Positions 28,285-43,097 of a DNA stretch of 64,000 nt are shown here, in pieces. The stretch is from the human T2T-CHM13v2.0 reference genome, Homo sapiens. Location: assembly GCF_009914755.1 (NCBI RefSeq), contig NC_060930.1, one strand, 5' to 3'. The notes beneath the pieces are model-generated. The model was not told the DNA's origin and searched no databases. It was given only the letters and a program-made list of their open reading frames with translations. Numbering within the stretch: the stretch's first letter is position 1; each line of letters starts with the position of its first letter. The position numbers and the translations under genes were made by a program.

Positions 28285-29085
28285 TTACATGCCTGGTGCT
28301 GGGGGTTCTGGTGCTGGAGATACAATGACAAACAAGATCAATTCTTGTCCAATCCTTATAGAGTTTACAGGCTACTGGGGTGGGGCGGGCGATAAACAAG
28401 CAAGCGAGTACATCAGTGGATCCAGATGGTAAACAGCACCAAGAAGGAATTCACAAGCCGCTGGAGGAGGAACACCGAGGATGGTAAGGCCTTAGAGGCA
28501 CCGAGGGAGCCTCTGAGAAGGGGGTGTGTTCTCGGCAGCCTGAGAAGGAGAAAAAGCCCTCCGTGTGGGGGTGCAGGGAAGGGACCTCCAGGCGAGGGGG
28601 TGGCAAGTGTGGATCCTGCACAGGGAGAAGGTGAGGTGTGTGCCAGGAGTGGAAGAGGATGGGCGCGCAGCACAAGGCTGAGATGAATAGGGCCGGACTG
28701 TGCCAGGCCTCCCGGCTGTAGGAAAATGCACGTGGATCGTGCGCTAAGTGCAGCAGGAGGCCACAGACGAACGTTCATCAGGGGAGTTACGTGTTAGCGC
28801 TCACAGTTTTAAAATAGCATCCTGAGTTCTCAGGACGGGGTGAATTTAAAATAAAGCAACGGGGGAAGCTGGGTAAACAGCTGGGAGGTTCTTGCTGCAG
28901 TCTCGGCCTGCGTGATGATAGCTTGGTCCAAGGTGCTTCCAAGAAAGAGGAGGAGAGGAGGGAAGGGATTTGACATTGATTTGGGAGGTGGAATGGACAT
29001 GGCATCAATGTGGGGGTAAGAGGGAGGGAAATGTCAAGAAGGATGACCAGCCTTACGGCTTTATTAGCTAGGTGGATGCCAGTAC
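28285..29085 (-). mobile_element. L2 fragment
   Basis: 'gtgctggagatacaatgacaaacaagatc...ccttatagagtttaca', 'gatgatagcttggtccaaggtg' and 'gagggaaatgtcaagaaggatgacca'. Confidence 0.65.
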
Positions 29086-30021
29086 TATAGCTTGCGTTTC
29101 TGTGGGCACCTGCTCATCTAACACACTTAACACAAAGTCAGTGGCATCACAGACAACCAGGTGCAGCCTAAAGGATGTGCCTTCCCTCACACATAATGCA
29201 GTAACTTAATGCAGACACTTTAAATGCCTTTCCATTGCTGGAATTTTGTGCATGTATGCATTTCTTACAACTTTGAATTATTCAATTTATGCTCAAAATA
29301 GAGCGTTATGTTTATACTCTATATAGTTTTGTTTTGATGTGATAATTTCATGATGTTTCATCTTGGTGGGGTCCATAAGGCTGTTTTCTAAAAATTCATA
29401 AAATATCGAGGACTCAGGCAATTTGATTATCTTAGAAGGTGAATCCTCATGGAAAATATGTAACACTTTCTTATTTTTCATCTCATTGATTTTATGTCTT
29501 GCTGTTAGCAGAGTTGACACAATGGAAATATCAGTTTTGCTGTCTAGCATGATTTGTTATTGATCTTGACTCTAGTCTCTCCTATTCATTTTAAATTTCT
29601 TAAACGTTTTCAGCTTTTTAACTAAAAAATAGAAAATAATGAAAAATTATCACTTAAACTCAATTTCCAAATTTATAATAATTCTGTTCTACAGAATTGT
29701 TTGCATAGTTACACACAAAAAGCATTTCAAACTATGTTTAAACAAGCTATAACGTGATGCGTTCAGTTAGTTATTCAGAAATGGTTATGCGTAGATGAAT
29801 GCTGTGCTGTGCAGATTCCCTGGCCCTCCCTGGCTTTGTACCAGGCAGGTGGGCTGCCAGTGTGCCCTTACCTGCCTGGATATCAACACGCTTCCCCTTA
29901 AAACAAGATCAATGCAGGATTGCATTTTTCCATTGCTGAGTTATGGATAACAAGTAAAAACGTATATATAGGGGTGGAGAGAAGGCAATTTTTAAAAGTC
30001 TTTTTAAAAAGGCTTAAACTA

Positions 30022-30315
<294 letters not shown>

Positions 30316-31654
30316 TTAAACTCATAGCCCAGGTAATTGCAGTGGTGGTTGATAGTGTGTAGAAAAGCCTACAGATAATGCCTTTAAGAGAACGTGCTCT
30401 TTTCTGTGGTTTTCTAAACAGTTAAAAAATGTTTGTTTGTTTGTTTGTTTGCAAAATTAAATTGGAAGAGAATGTTTGCAGAACCACGGAAGCACATCTT
30501 TGGGGCACAGGTGTTCCAGGAACATGGTTCAAAATCCACAGGAACAAACACTGCCTGGGAATCATGACACTGATAACTTAGAAGTGCACCAGGAGGGAGT
30601 TAGATGCCACTTGGCAGGTTCTGCCTCATGTCCCCTTCCAGCTATCTCCTTCCTCCCCAGTGGTTTTAGAAATACAGCCAAATAATGTTTGCAATTTCTG
30701 TGCAATATTGAGAGGGCAACAATAACAAAAAATTGGGAGCAGGGAGCCCAGACTTCCCCACTCTAACTCTGTGGCCCTTGGGCAAATAAGCTAATACAGC
30801 TCAGTGTTCTTGTCTCTTAACATCCGTCCCATGAGGCGGTTCTGAGCAATGCACACGTAATTCATGCAGCAGGTCTGCACGCTGCCTGATCTATATTAGG
30901 CATTCACTGTACGGCAGGCATATTCATGAATTAATCAGCAAAAGCTTTTATCCACTCTTCATGCATCTCAGCCATCAGAGGCAATAAAAGAAATGGATGC
31001 AGAGCCCTTGACAGTGAGCAGCGAGAAGGGGGCGGACAGGATTGCCGTCCTCCTCCCCGAAACTTTGCTGGGCTCAGGCAGTGGCTTCTGTCTAAAGAAC
31101 CCCGTATTTCAAGAGATCACATGTCTTTCAGTCTGGGATTTCATTCATGGACTGTTAGTTTCTTTGTGCGGTACAGGGCTGCTGTTCTCAGTGGTCAATG
31201 GTCATGGGAGTTGACTGCTGGTGCTGGACCTTAGGCGCGCCATTTGTAACTGGGAGAAACACCCAGTCTCTCTGTGTGCAAACCACTCTGGACCACAGGG
31301 ATATGAAACTCATGTCCAATATTTGGCACTATTCTGAAAGAAGAGACATGGCTCAGGGGCCGTGACAGGAGATCCAGGCTGGCCTCCTCACTCCGGAGAT
31401 GCACACACAAACCTCTCAGCAGGACGACGACAAAGCCTAAAGCCAAACCATGGATAGGTGTGACTAAACCCCAGAATTACCCAGTTTTAAATTGTGATGA
31501 ATTAAATCACAATTGTGATTTGCTTTGTGGCTTCTCACCCTTAATTTTAAAACATAAGCTTGTTCCAGTGATACTTAATCAACTGGCACTTTAAAACCTT
31601 GTGTCTCTAAATCCTAATCTAGTATTTAAGAACTATAAACAACACTTTCAAATC

Positions 31655-31677
31655 TGTGTGTGTGTGTGTGTGTGTGT
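31655..31677. repeat. (TG)11 microsatellite
   Basis: Read directly. Confidence 0.9.
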
Positions 31678-33085
31678 CTATATTTGGGGAGGATTCCCCC
31701 CACTTTGTAAAAATGAGTGGTTTAATTTCACCCAATGTAAAAAAAAAAGAAAGAAAGAAGAAATCCATGAATCTTGAGCTTGCTCTCACACCTTCACCAG
31801 TGCCATCAGCGGCAGGGCCCTTCCCTTCCTAGGTATTTAACGTTTGTGGAAGATGCTAAAATGCTCTCCCGTATATGTGAAATAGGTAAAACAGACATCA
31901 TTGTCTAAATTTTTCCAGTCAATAAACAGAAGTTACATGCCAGAGGCCACACGGTCAATACATGTCTGAGCGGGTCTAGTGCTTGGGTGGATGGACCGGT
32001 GGTCCTGCCCTGTCCGTGGGGTGGGGGATGTAAACTCTTGTTAACTTGTTGGCATGAGTGATGGTATGCATGTATACATAACCCTAACTCCAGGAAGAAA
32101 AAAAGTCCCAAGGGAACCACACCAAAGGGTGGGGACCAGGAACAAAGAAATAAAAGAAATTCTGCAAGGAGAACTCATAGACTGCTTTGATTAATTGCCA
32201 CCCACACACCAAGGTGTGCTGCCGTTTACTTAGACCTCTGCCAGGGAGGAGGGCTCCGGATTCCTGAGGATTGCTCCATCGCTGGGCGAGCCGAAAGCCA
32301 TTATCAGTGATGTCTGAGGCACAGCCACCAGCCAGCCATCCACTTTGCCGACTTGGAGCCAGGCAGATAGATGTGCGCACACCGGGAGGGCTGCCCTGCA
32401 CTCTCTCCTCATCCACACAGCTGTGCTCTCAGGCCCCCTCAGGCCTCTGTGCAACCTCGCAGCTCTGCGTGGCATCTGTTCTGCTCATAGCTTCATCTTG
32501 CATGTGTCAAGGCTTAGGGTCACTTTGTCAGTTGTGTGGAGGGGGCAGTGATAAGAAGAACAGGACAAATAAGAGAAGAAAAGAGAGATGGCTTGGAATT
32601 CACCAGGAAAGAGAAGACTTTGATTTGCTGCAAACCCACCTTGGAGAAGACGCTCCCAGCCCCCACTGGGAAGTAATCAGGGAAGGGTGCAGAACTTTCT
32701 CTTTCCAACCTCTCTGCTTCTGTGGTTTTCACTAAACTTCTGAGTTCCAGGAAGGAACAGATTGAAAGCCTCAGGGCAGCCCTGTACAACCCTGAAGAGG
32801 GCCTGGCTCAGGCATCCAGGCACCAGAGAGGTTGGTTCAGTGCATACTTACTCATGCCCGCAGCTTTGGCTTGTTGACTGTGAAGTTGCTAGTCTTGTAA
32901 GTATCTTGCCAAGCTGAGCAGGAACCTTCTTTCTCTCCCTTTCCCTTTGCTCAGCCACATAGGAATTGTCAGGTACAGCATCTCCTCCCAGCCCAGGTCC
33001 TGCCTTGGTTTGCTCACAAGGCCCAGGGACAGGAGGGGCCCCTGTAAAATGCCTTCCTCTCTGCTCCACTGCAAACACCACACAC

Positions 33086-33180
33086 TTCACTGGCCTACAG
33101 TCTCATGCCTGGACCTCCACCTCTCTTCCCCATTCACTGGCCTGAAGTCTCATGCCTGGACCTCCACCTCTCTTCCCCAT
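33086..33180. repeat. 47-bp tandem duplication (2 copies)
   Basis: TTCACTGGCCT(AC/GA)AGTCTCATGCCTGGACCTCCACCTCTCTTCCCCA twice, 2 mismatches. Confidence 0.93.
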
Positions 33181-34007
33181 GAAGTGATTGGGTTGCTTTC
33201 TTCCTATAGTCCCCACTTTTTTAAAATAATTTTTTTGAATTATGGTAAAAAGACATAACATAACATTTGCCTCCACAACCGTTTTCAAGTTCCGTGTGTT
33301 AAGCACATTCATGTTGCTGTACAACAGATCTGTGGTCTCTCCTCTAACACACGAGCACCAGGACAGACGTCATAGCTGTCCTCGGCGTGGTAGGTGGGTG
33401 AGTATTCAGCAGCTAGGGGATGACCTCCTTTCCATAGCAGGCTAGACAGGGCAGGGGCAGCTGGGAACAGAGGAGTGCTGGGACAGACAGGGCTCAGCTA
33501 GGGAGGAAAACAGACAGCGGGGCAGAGAGGTCATGCCCACCTCTGGGAGCCGCCCCATCCTGGTGCCCCATTGTTCCTCAACCAAAGACAACGGGGAGGG
33601 GTGTGTGTGTGTGGGGGGGCGCTTAGAGGAAAATGCAAGGGCTGCCGGAAGCAGTACTTCTCTCACCAATTACGGATGGCTAGTGCCCAAAACACACTGG
33701 CAAAGTCCACTGGGTAAAGAATTTGGTTAAACAAAGATAAACTGAAAACCAATGTTTTAAAAAAATCCTTAGCCTTTTGATTCTTCACTTACATATTTGT
33801 CAGAATAAGGTATATCATAAAATTCATTGGTAGGTCTTAGGAATAAAATTCTCTAATTAAAACAGTCCAGGGTATAAAGCCATCACTATAGAGTTCTGTA
33901 CCAAACACAGGTTTGTCTTTTTAATACCCAAAAACAGTTCTTCCATAATGCACTCTAGGCACTGTGGCTGGGAGAAACTGCTAGAACCCCAGAAGCACTT
34001 CTTGCCT

Positions 34008-34505
34008 TTTAAAAAAATGTGGTAAAATACACACAACGTACACTTTACCATCTTAACCATTTCTAAGCGTACAGTGTAGCGGCGTCAAGTACATTCATAT
34101 TGCTGTGCGGCCGTCACCATATCCATCTCCAGAACTCTTTTCATCTTCTCAGACTGAAACTGTGTCCATTAAACACCAGTTCCCCTCTCCCAGTCCCTGG
34201 CAGCCGCCATTCTATTTCCTGCCTTTATGAATTTGACCATTCTAGGTGCCTTGTAAATGTGGAATCATGCAATATTTGTCCTTTTGTGACTGGCTTATTT
34301 CACTGAGCATAGCGTCCTCCAGGATCATCCACGTTGCAGCAATGGACAGAATGTCCTTCCTTTTTAAGATGAAATCATATTCCATTGCATCTGTATACCC
34401 CATTTTGTTTATCCAGTTATCTGTGGATGGACACCTGGGTTGCTTCCACCTTTTGGCTATTGTGAGTAATGCTGCTGTGAACCCGGGGTGCACGTGTCTT
34501 CTTTG
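34008..34505 (-). mobile_element. L1MB-like 3' end
   Basis: 'tttaccatcttaaccatttctaagcgtacagt'; minus ORF TAALLTIAKRWKQPRCPSTDNWINKM. Confidence 0.88.
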
Positions 34506-34759
34506 TAAATTCCCTTGCCATTGGGCAGACAATGAGCCATCTCACTACATGATGCCTGCAGCTCCTGCCAGGGCCCTTGGAGTCAAGGTTAGGCTTGCAT
34601 TGTTATTCCCTTTTACCATGACTCTCATCCCTGTGGTGTGTAATCCTCAGTAAATATGGCTTTGATTATTTCTCCCACCTTTTCAGAAGTTAGGATGGGA
34701 GCTTTCTTAAGAGCTGCAACTTCTGATCCTGTCACTCTTTTAAGAGTTGCATCAAAGTT

Positions 34760-35218
34760 CCAGGAATTCATCCGTCTCTTCTAGGTTTTCTAGTTTATGT
34801 GTGTGAAGGCATTCTTGGTAGCCTTGAATGATCTTTTGTATTTCAGTGGCGTCAGTTGTAATATCTCCTGTTGCATTTCTTAGTGAGGTTATTTGGATTT
34901 TCTGTCTTCTTGGTTCATCTTGCTAATGGTCTATCAGTTTCATTTATCTTTCTGAAGAGCCAGCTTTTTGTTTCATTTATCTTTTTTGTTGTTTTTTTGT
35001 TTGTTTGTTTGTTTATTTCAATTTCATGTAGTTCTGCTCTGATCTTGGTTATTTCCTTTCTTCTGCTGGGTTTGGTTTGTTCTTGTTTCTCTAGTTCCTT
35101 GAGGTGTGACCTTAGATTGTCCATTTGTGCTCTTCCAGACTTTTTGATGTAGGCATTTAAGGCTATGAACTTTCCTCTAAGCACCACCTTTGCTGAATCC
35201 CAGAGGTTTTGATAGGTT
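34760..35218 (-). mobile_element. Internal L1P (PB/PA13-16-like) ORF2 fragment
   Basis: [18 protein letters not shown]...[33 protein letters not shown]. Confidence 0.92.
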
Positions 35219-38200
35219 TATGACTCATAACTGGGATGAAAATCTTCACTGAAAATTAGTGAAAGTGGAGTGTAAAATGAAAAAAAAATATAGGAAGAGC
35301 TTGAGTCTGGGTTAAGACTATAATGCTTTCTTGGGTCAGCAAGCCTAAATGTGGCTCTGAAAGCCTAAATAATCAAAGAATTGGGCAAACAAATGTAGGA
35401 AGGAAGGCTGATACTGGGAAGTTATCAACTGCATACGTGCACTGAACAATACAGGGACTCACAACCTACCCAAGAAAACCTAACCGGATATTTATCCATT
35501 TTTCTAAAAGGATATTTAGTTGTTTTTTTAAAAAACATGAAATATGCATCAACATATAAATAAGCCATGATAATTTCCGAGTTGGTGTAGCTTTTCCCTG
35601 TGGTACTAGAGAAAAGCTTTCTTCAGCCAGGTACGTGCTGGCTCAATAGTGCAGCAGGTCATTGTTGAGTCCTGGCAGTGAATGGCTGGACTTTGATGTC
35701 AGGGGTCAGGGTTTAAAATTGCACTCTGCTTCCTGGGTAGACTGCTTACTCCGAGACACCTGGATCTGCTTATTTTATTGTAAAATGGGGAGAATCACTT
35801 TTTAAACACCCCACGAGAATATCATGAGAGTTGAATAACAGGAGTGGTGCTCGAGGGGCTGGGGCATGGCCGGCGCATGGCTGGCGCTGGATGCTTGCTC
35901 ACCTCTCTCCCTTCCATGCCTGAGAGATCCCAGGCCTCACAGTTCAGGCAATGGTGCTTTCAGATGCTCATCCCTGTGTTGTCATCTTCCCAAAAGGGTG
36001 ACTTTCTCTGAGCCAAACTAGTCCAGCTGCTAAGTAAGAAAAGCATCTCTTTTTGATAGTACTTAGATGTCGGGATGATTCAGGAAGAGGGTGATCTGGC
36101 CCAGCCACAGGACAGGGTACCCTGATAAGCGACCCTGAGTTCCTCACCCTTGCTGAGATGCTGGAGGACCCAGGTCAGTCGGGTGCCAGGTTGCTGCTGT
36201 GTGGGAAGCCTCCTGCCTCAGAGACGCCTTTGATTTTGCGTCGGTCTTGCTCATTGTGGGCAGGTCAGCATGTTGAGGCCAACTGCACTAAGGGAAATGC
36301 CATGTGGTGATTAGATTTTTCCTCTGGGTTCTTCAGCATTTGGTCTTTCACCAAAAACACATGTCCATGTGGCATGTTCCTGTCCTGGCTGTCCTGCGAT
36401 TCTACTGCTGCACTCGGCACTCTCCCTCGTCCTCCCTGGAGCACTCTGTACAGCGTGTGCAGTGAGGGAAGTGATGTACGCTGTTTGGAAATAGTCTGCT
36501 CAAGTCACTTCTCTTCCTTTCTTTGTGTAATTATCGGGAGACATGCCGTGTTTACCAGTGGTAAGCCAAGAGGCATGTGCCTTACTTTGGAAGGAGTATT
36601 GAGGGAAATGTGGAATGTGGTGGAAATTAAGACATCAAACCCAGGGACAGGAATCCGGAAACCTAAACCCTAAACTCCTCTCTTACACAGAACTTCTGGC
36701 TAAACAGCAAGTAGCAACTCTGAGGATGTCATGCTCTGAGGATGGTAGTGTCCATTTCTAATATCATCTGAATCAAATGTAAATAAAATCTTCTTGAATC
36801 ACTTTGAGTACTACTGAGTGGCAGACATAGAGAATGCAGCGGCTGGACCAGGCAAAGTTCCCTTCCCTCGTCTGAAATCCATCTGGGAAGATTGACATTG
36901 AGCAACAGATTCTAAGTGTGGTCAGGGCTGCAACAGATCAAACCAAGGTATTGCAGGAACGTAGTTTAAGACTCACAGGTTCAAAGGAGACTTCAGTTGG
37001 CTAGGCTCACAGAGGATCACGAGAAAATGGAGTCAGGCTGTTGCTCTGAACAGGTCTTGCCAAAATAGCGAGTGCCCATCGGAGACAACTTGTTTGAACC
37101 CCAGCACTGCCTTGATTGGGAGCTCAGTTGAATAAACCTCCTGAGCAGGTGCAGCCCTGGGTGCTGAGCCAGAGCAGGGCAGGGTGGTCTCCAGTATCAC
37201 TTCTCTAGGGAGCACATCCTGTGGATTTCCACCCCGAGGTTCCCACAACTGGTGAGAGCCCAAAGTCTCCTGTGAGCAGGGCAGTGACCTGCAACTGGAA
37301 CCACCCTGGTCCATGGAACACTCAGCTTCCTCTTCAATAGGTGGGTTCACAGGGGAGAGGAGCTATCAGGTGCACCATGAGCATATTTTTCAGAACAATT
37401 GCTTTTATCAGCTTGGCTTTCTTGTCCCAGAATGCAGTCCTTGGCAGGAAGTCACTGGTCTATTGACTTTACTAGTAGGATAAACAAACCTCCTTTGACA
37501 CACAGAATGGCAGAGACTGTAATTTCCTTCCCGCCACATGGAGGCAAGGTAGACGAAGTTGGGGGAAGCAATGGGTTGGCTTTAACATGGATTAAGAGCA
37601 AAAATCCTGGTTAAATATCAGGCAAAATGCTCCCTGTGTAGGCAAGAAGGGGTGAAAGGCATCACTGGGAAGCCTCAAATCAGGAGGGCAAGGGAAGACA
37701 GTGCAGGAAGAAGAAAGGGTGGATCCACTTTCTAGCTTCCAGGAGACATTTACTTTGCACACCGTGAAGTCTAAATGGGCTATTTTTGTTACAGGTCTGC
37801 ACTCCTAATCTATTCTGTTTTACTTGGTGAAATGATTGCAAGTGAAGTTGGAAGACAAAGGAGAAGCGTGTCCGTAACTATGTAATGGGTACATCGAAAA
37901 GCAAGACTGAGGGGTGAAATCATGAAAGCAATGTTTACTTTTCTTCTACTACCCTTTGAAACCTTCTCAAAGAGGTTTAGAGGTATCCCTCCTTTGCTCC
38001 TGGATGAAAAATCAGGCCATCTCTAAGACTGTCTGGTCACTGTTTTGTAATAGAAAATACTACCAACACTTTAGGATTCAAAAGCAAAATAAATTAGGAA
38101 ACCTTAATGCTCAGTCCACATGATACACAACTCCAGGTTGACATTGCATGACATCTTCAACCCCTTGCCTCTGCCGACCTATAGTGGCAGCAGCATAGGG

Positions 38201-38812
38201 GCTGGAGGAAAATGGGTTTTATTCTTCTCTATTTCTCTGTTTTGCTTGCCAGGTTTCTGACCTGGACATGGTCAAGGGTGGTGAAGAGGGAGGAGATGTA
38301 AGGAAGGGGTGAGAAACATTTTATCTGATTGCTGCTGCCATAAAATGGTGCCATGGACCTGGCAACTGTTTATAGCTCATTCTTCTGTGAGATTTTTATG
38401 GGTTTACTGGGGTAAAAGAGGTCACTGAAAAATTTGCTTATGTTCCTCAAAATGAAGATGATATGTTTTTCTTCTGAATAATTACAAGAAAACACTCAAT
38501 AACTAACATTTTTTAAACCTGCTGGAAAAACTGATGACATATCCGCAGAGAGCAAAGAATGTGTCATTCCACGTGTAGTCTTACAATGGAGACAGATCAG
38601 GCAGGGTTCATTTTCTGTCTCATTTTGTGCATGTGACTTACCGATGTCCCTGTTCCTCCCTTTGCTGAGCCTGAACGTCCAATCCTCTGAAGCCTGTTCC
38701 ATGGAGACAGTGTGCTCCCAGTGCTGTCTGTAGGGGCACTGAGCAAGGAAGAGAACCCCTATTCCTACTAAAGAGAGGTGTTGCTGGCATTGAACCTTGG
38801 AACTCTGATCAC

Positions 38813-39011
38813 TTTTTTTTTTTAAGTGACAGGGTCTCGCTCTGTCGCCCAGGCTGGATTAAAGTGCTGTGATCACAGCTCACTGCAGCCGTGAAGACCT
38901 AGGCTCAAGGGATCAGCCCTCCTCAGGCTCCAGAGTGCCTGGGGCTACACACCCAGCTAATTTTTAAAAAAGTTTTGTAGAGACAGGATCTTTGTATGTT
39001 GCCCAGGCTAG
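38813..39011 (-). mobile_element. Partial AluJ
   Basis: 'gacagggtctcgctctgtcgcccaggctgg...tcacagctcactgcagcc...ctaggctcaagggatc'. Confidence 0.85.
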
Positions 39012-39456
39012 ACCACATTTTTCTGTAGAAATAATGAGTCGCAGAATTTAGGAAATGGGAGAATATTACTGCCCCACTGGATTTGGGGAATCTCGGCTCT
39101 TAACAGAAACTGGGCTTAATCATTCAAAATGAAGTTGGTTTCTTTCACACCTGGGTTTGCAGACTGAGCCACCTGGTGCGCCCCACTCCCGCTGCATCCT
39201 TCTGCCTGCATGGCAGACCCACGTGCAACTCAAACAATGTTTATGATTTTCTAATATCCCTCCTTTGTAGCTAGCACCACATCTGCACAGAATTGAAGGA
39301 ATGTTAAAGGATCAAAGGAATATAAACTAGACGGTAGAACACTGACATGCTCTGTTTTCCAGGTTTTTCCTACTGGTCCGGGGGTAATGCAATGTCTGAG
39401 GCAGACCATAATTTCACTCGTATGCAGGAGATTAAAAAAAAAAAAAAATGAACTCA

Positions 39457-39784
39457 GCCTGGTGCAGTGGCTCACGCCTATAATCCCAGCACTTTGGGAG
39501 GCCAAGGTGGGCAGATCACGAAGTCAAGAGATTGAGACCATCCTGGCCAACATGGTGAAACCCCGTCTCTACTAAAAATACAAAAATTATCTGGGCATGG
39601 TGCTGCAGCCCTGTAGTCCCGGGTACTCCGGAGGCTGAGACAGGAGAATCACTTGAACCAGGAGGCGGAGGTTGCATTGAGCCAAGATCGTGCCACTGTA
39701 CTCCAGCCTGGCTACAGAGCAAGACTCTGTCTCAACAACAACAACAAAAAAAAAAAAAAAAAAAAAAAAAAGAAAGAAAGAAAG
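39457..39784 (+). mobile_element. Alu (AluSc-like)
   Basis: 'gtcaagagattgagaccatcctggccaac'; long CAA/A/GAAA tail; TSD approximately AAAAAATGAACT. Confidence 0.93.
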
Positions 39785-39893
39785 AAAAAAATGAACTAAC
39801 GTAACTAAAGAGTAGAATAGAGCCTGGGAGAGGTGCTGATGGGGAGAAGAAAGGATGGGGAGAGGTTGGTTATGGGATACGAAATTACAGCTA

Positions 39894-40235
<342 letters not shown>

Positions 40236-43097
40236 TTAATAATAATTTATTGTATATTTTCAAAGAAGTAGAAAAGAAGATTTTGAATGTTCACAACACA
40301 AAGAAATAATAAAGGTTTGAGCTGGTGGATTTGTTACCCTGATTTGATCATTATACATTGAGTACACAAATATCACTATGTATCCCATACATATGTATAA
40401 TTATCATGTGTCAACTAAAAATAAAAACCATAAAAAACCCAAAGATATTTGGCTACCAAGTTCTTGGTAGAGGTGGAGCCTCAAGATCAGTTCTGGGTGG
40501 ATTGTGAGTATCTTCTAGACATCCCTCAAGCCATTCCAATTTCTTTTCGACTTTCAGCATTTCCTCTTGTCAGAGTTTGTATTCAGCTTATGAAGCAACC
40601 ATTTTAACTATTTTTCTAGAATCTCAGTAGTTGCCTTCCTGAGCAAGTCATTACCACGAGGTTTTTATTCCTGCTTTCCATGGCTAATCACACTCGAGGG
40701 GCCACATACAACCCTCCAGGAAACTGACCACAGGTCACTTCTTCATTACACGAATACTTTAAGAGACGTCTTAATTCTTCTTCCAGCTTCTTCAGCCTTT
40801 TCCCCACCCACCCCGACCTCCACAGGAAAGAAATAAGACCAAGGAAAGCAGCAGCACGCCCTCCCTCTGCCACTGTCACTTCACAGCTCCTTCCCAGTAG
40901 AGCCCACTCTAAGCCACGTCCGTGGCCTCTGCCCGCTTTCTGCTCAGGAGTTTGGGGCCGGAGGCAGACTTCGCATTTCCACGTTGCTGCTGTCATGCCC
41001 CAAAATAGTAACTCCCCTCCCACCGTCCTTCAAACACACACGCTTTTCCCTTTGCTTGCTTGACTTGCACAAAAGAAAGAAAACATTCTCACATCCTGGA
41101 CTTCTGCCAGCATTCAAAAAGAATTAAACTTCCCTCATTTTCAAAGAGACTCCTTCTCCAAGGCTTCTAAGCTCAGATGTTCAACTCCAGGGGGCTGCTG
41201 AAGCTTTGCTTGACCTTTCCTTGAGACCTACCTACAACACAACCAGCGACCTTGTGGGCAGAGGGACAAGGGTTTTGTTATCTGTTTCCTGTTGTCTCGG
41301 CTGCTCAGGCTGATGGGGACTGGGAGTCTATGGCGGGGCAGAGGTTCCTGCTGAGGACAGAAGTGAGCTCATGTCCATCGGCCTTCCGGAAGAACAGGCT
41401 CAGCGCCTGTCCACTTTCAGCCTCTTTGCTATGTTCTGTCAAATGTGTTTTGAAATCTGATGGGAATTTTTCAGGTTTCTTCTCCCGAATTTTCTCACCC
41501 AGTGGTCTCAAGCCTGTTGACCGTAGTAAGCACCATTATGTCTGCGGTGGGAGGAGTTGTTTCCTACCCGAGGTAGATGACTGGGAAAACAACACAGTGT
41601 AGCAGAAAGAACCAGGTTTTCATCATCAGACCAGCTCGGATCAGTGTAACAAACCTGCCACTCATTCACAGTTTCTTGGACAAGAAACTGGCCTTTCTGA
41701 ACATTAATTTCTCTGACTTTAAAATTAAAAACACCTATTTCTGCCTTACATGTTTTGTTTCTTAATTTAAAAATCATCCATGCAAAATTACTTGGGCAGT
41801 GCTTGCCACAGTGTGGGTCATCAACACCTTGTTGTGGGAAGTATGTTTTCCATGCTCTTTGACACTTTGCATGAGCTAGATCACAATAGGAACTTAGGAC
41901 AGCCACAGAATGATAGATAAGGATTAATCTTTTATCTTTTAGAGATAAAAGCTAAGTAGACATTGAGTTTTTTTAAAATAAAACTGATGGACTGTTAATG
42001 AAAATGAATGTTCACTTCACCTGTTGTGCATGAAAGCACCCCATTTTTGCAATGGATACTTAGCAGTTGAGAAGATTGAAAACATTTAGGCCTCAGAGTC
42101 AAGGAGTAAGGTATGATTCAAACTTGCTAAAAATAAAATGTGGAAAATTTGAATACAAATTCCAGCATTTCAAGCCCCGAATGCTCAGTAATATGAATAT
42201 GAAAAAATAAGTTTTACCTCTGATTTCCATCTTCAAGCATATGTACAATTTCATTTGAAAGATGTATTCAATCTATTTATATCTGCTCTGTCTTAGGACC
42301 TAGGGATTCAGCAGTGAACACAGCAAGCAATTTTTTTACATTCATGGAGCTTATCTTCTGGTAAAGTTTCATCTTGGACATTTAAAATTAATACCAATTC
42401 CTGCACTTATTTCTGAGAAATTTTAATTCAATTGTTGTATAGGTTGGGGCCAAGACTTGATTGTTTTCCAAAGTTCTTCAAATGACTGTTACCTGCAGCC
42501 AAGATTGCATGGCTGGTAAAGGCCCTCGCAGATCAGCTGAGGATGCTGGGTTTTATTCCAGTGAGATGACAAGACGTGGGGGCTCTTGAGCAAAGGAGCA
42601 CTGTGATCTGATGAGCATCCCAACTGACGTGTGCAGACAAGAATAATGCTGATGGGAGGACAGCAGGGGAAGGGACCAGTTAAATGAGACGAGCTCCTTA
42701 AAGAAAACTCTAACATACAGCTACAGAAATTGATGAAATACTAAATTATATGCCCAGTGGCCCAAAAGTGTGATGTAAAATTTGAAAAGGGAAAAAAAGT
42801 TCAGGGTGTGATAAAGTTGTCAGCGAAGGATTTCTGGAGGATATGGGTCTTTAGGCTGGAGTTTGAGAAATAGGTGAGATTTCTCTAATCCACAGAAAGG
42901 GTTTCCCTAATACCCACATGGCACGTTTCAGCAAGAGAAGCAGCATGAATGGTCACGATGCAGGAACACGGCCTGACTTGTTCCAAGGCCAGATAAAGAA
43001 CTGGTCCAGCAAGTCTTAGGTGACAGTGACAAATGAGACAGTGGGCACAGAGAGGGGACAAAGTATGGAGGAACTGGGAAAAGACTTCTGGGTAAGA

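Noticed and set aside
31504-31521. 18-bp perfect palindrome AAATCACAATTGTGATTT
   Set aside because: A 9-bp-arm AT-rich palindrome is roughly expected by chance in 64 kb (64000/4^9 is about 0.25 before AT bias).
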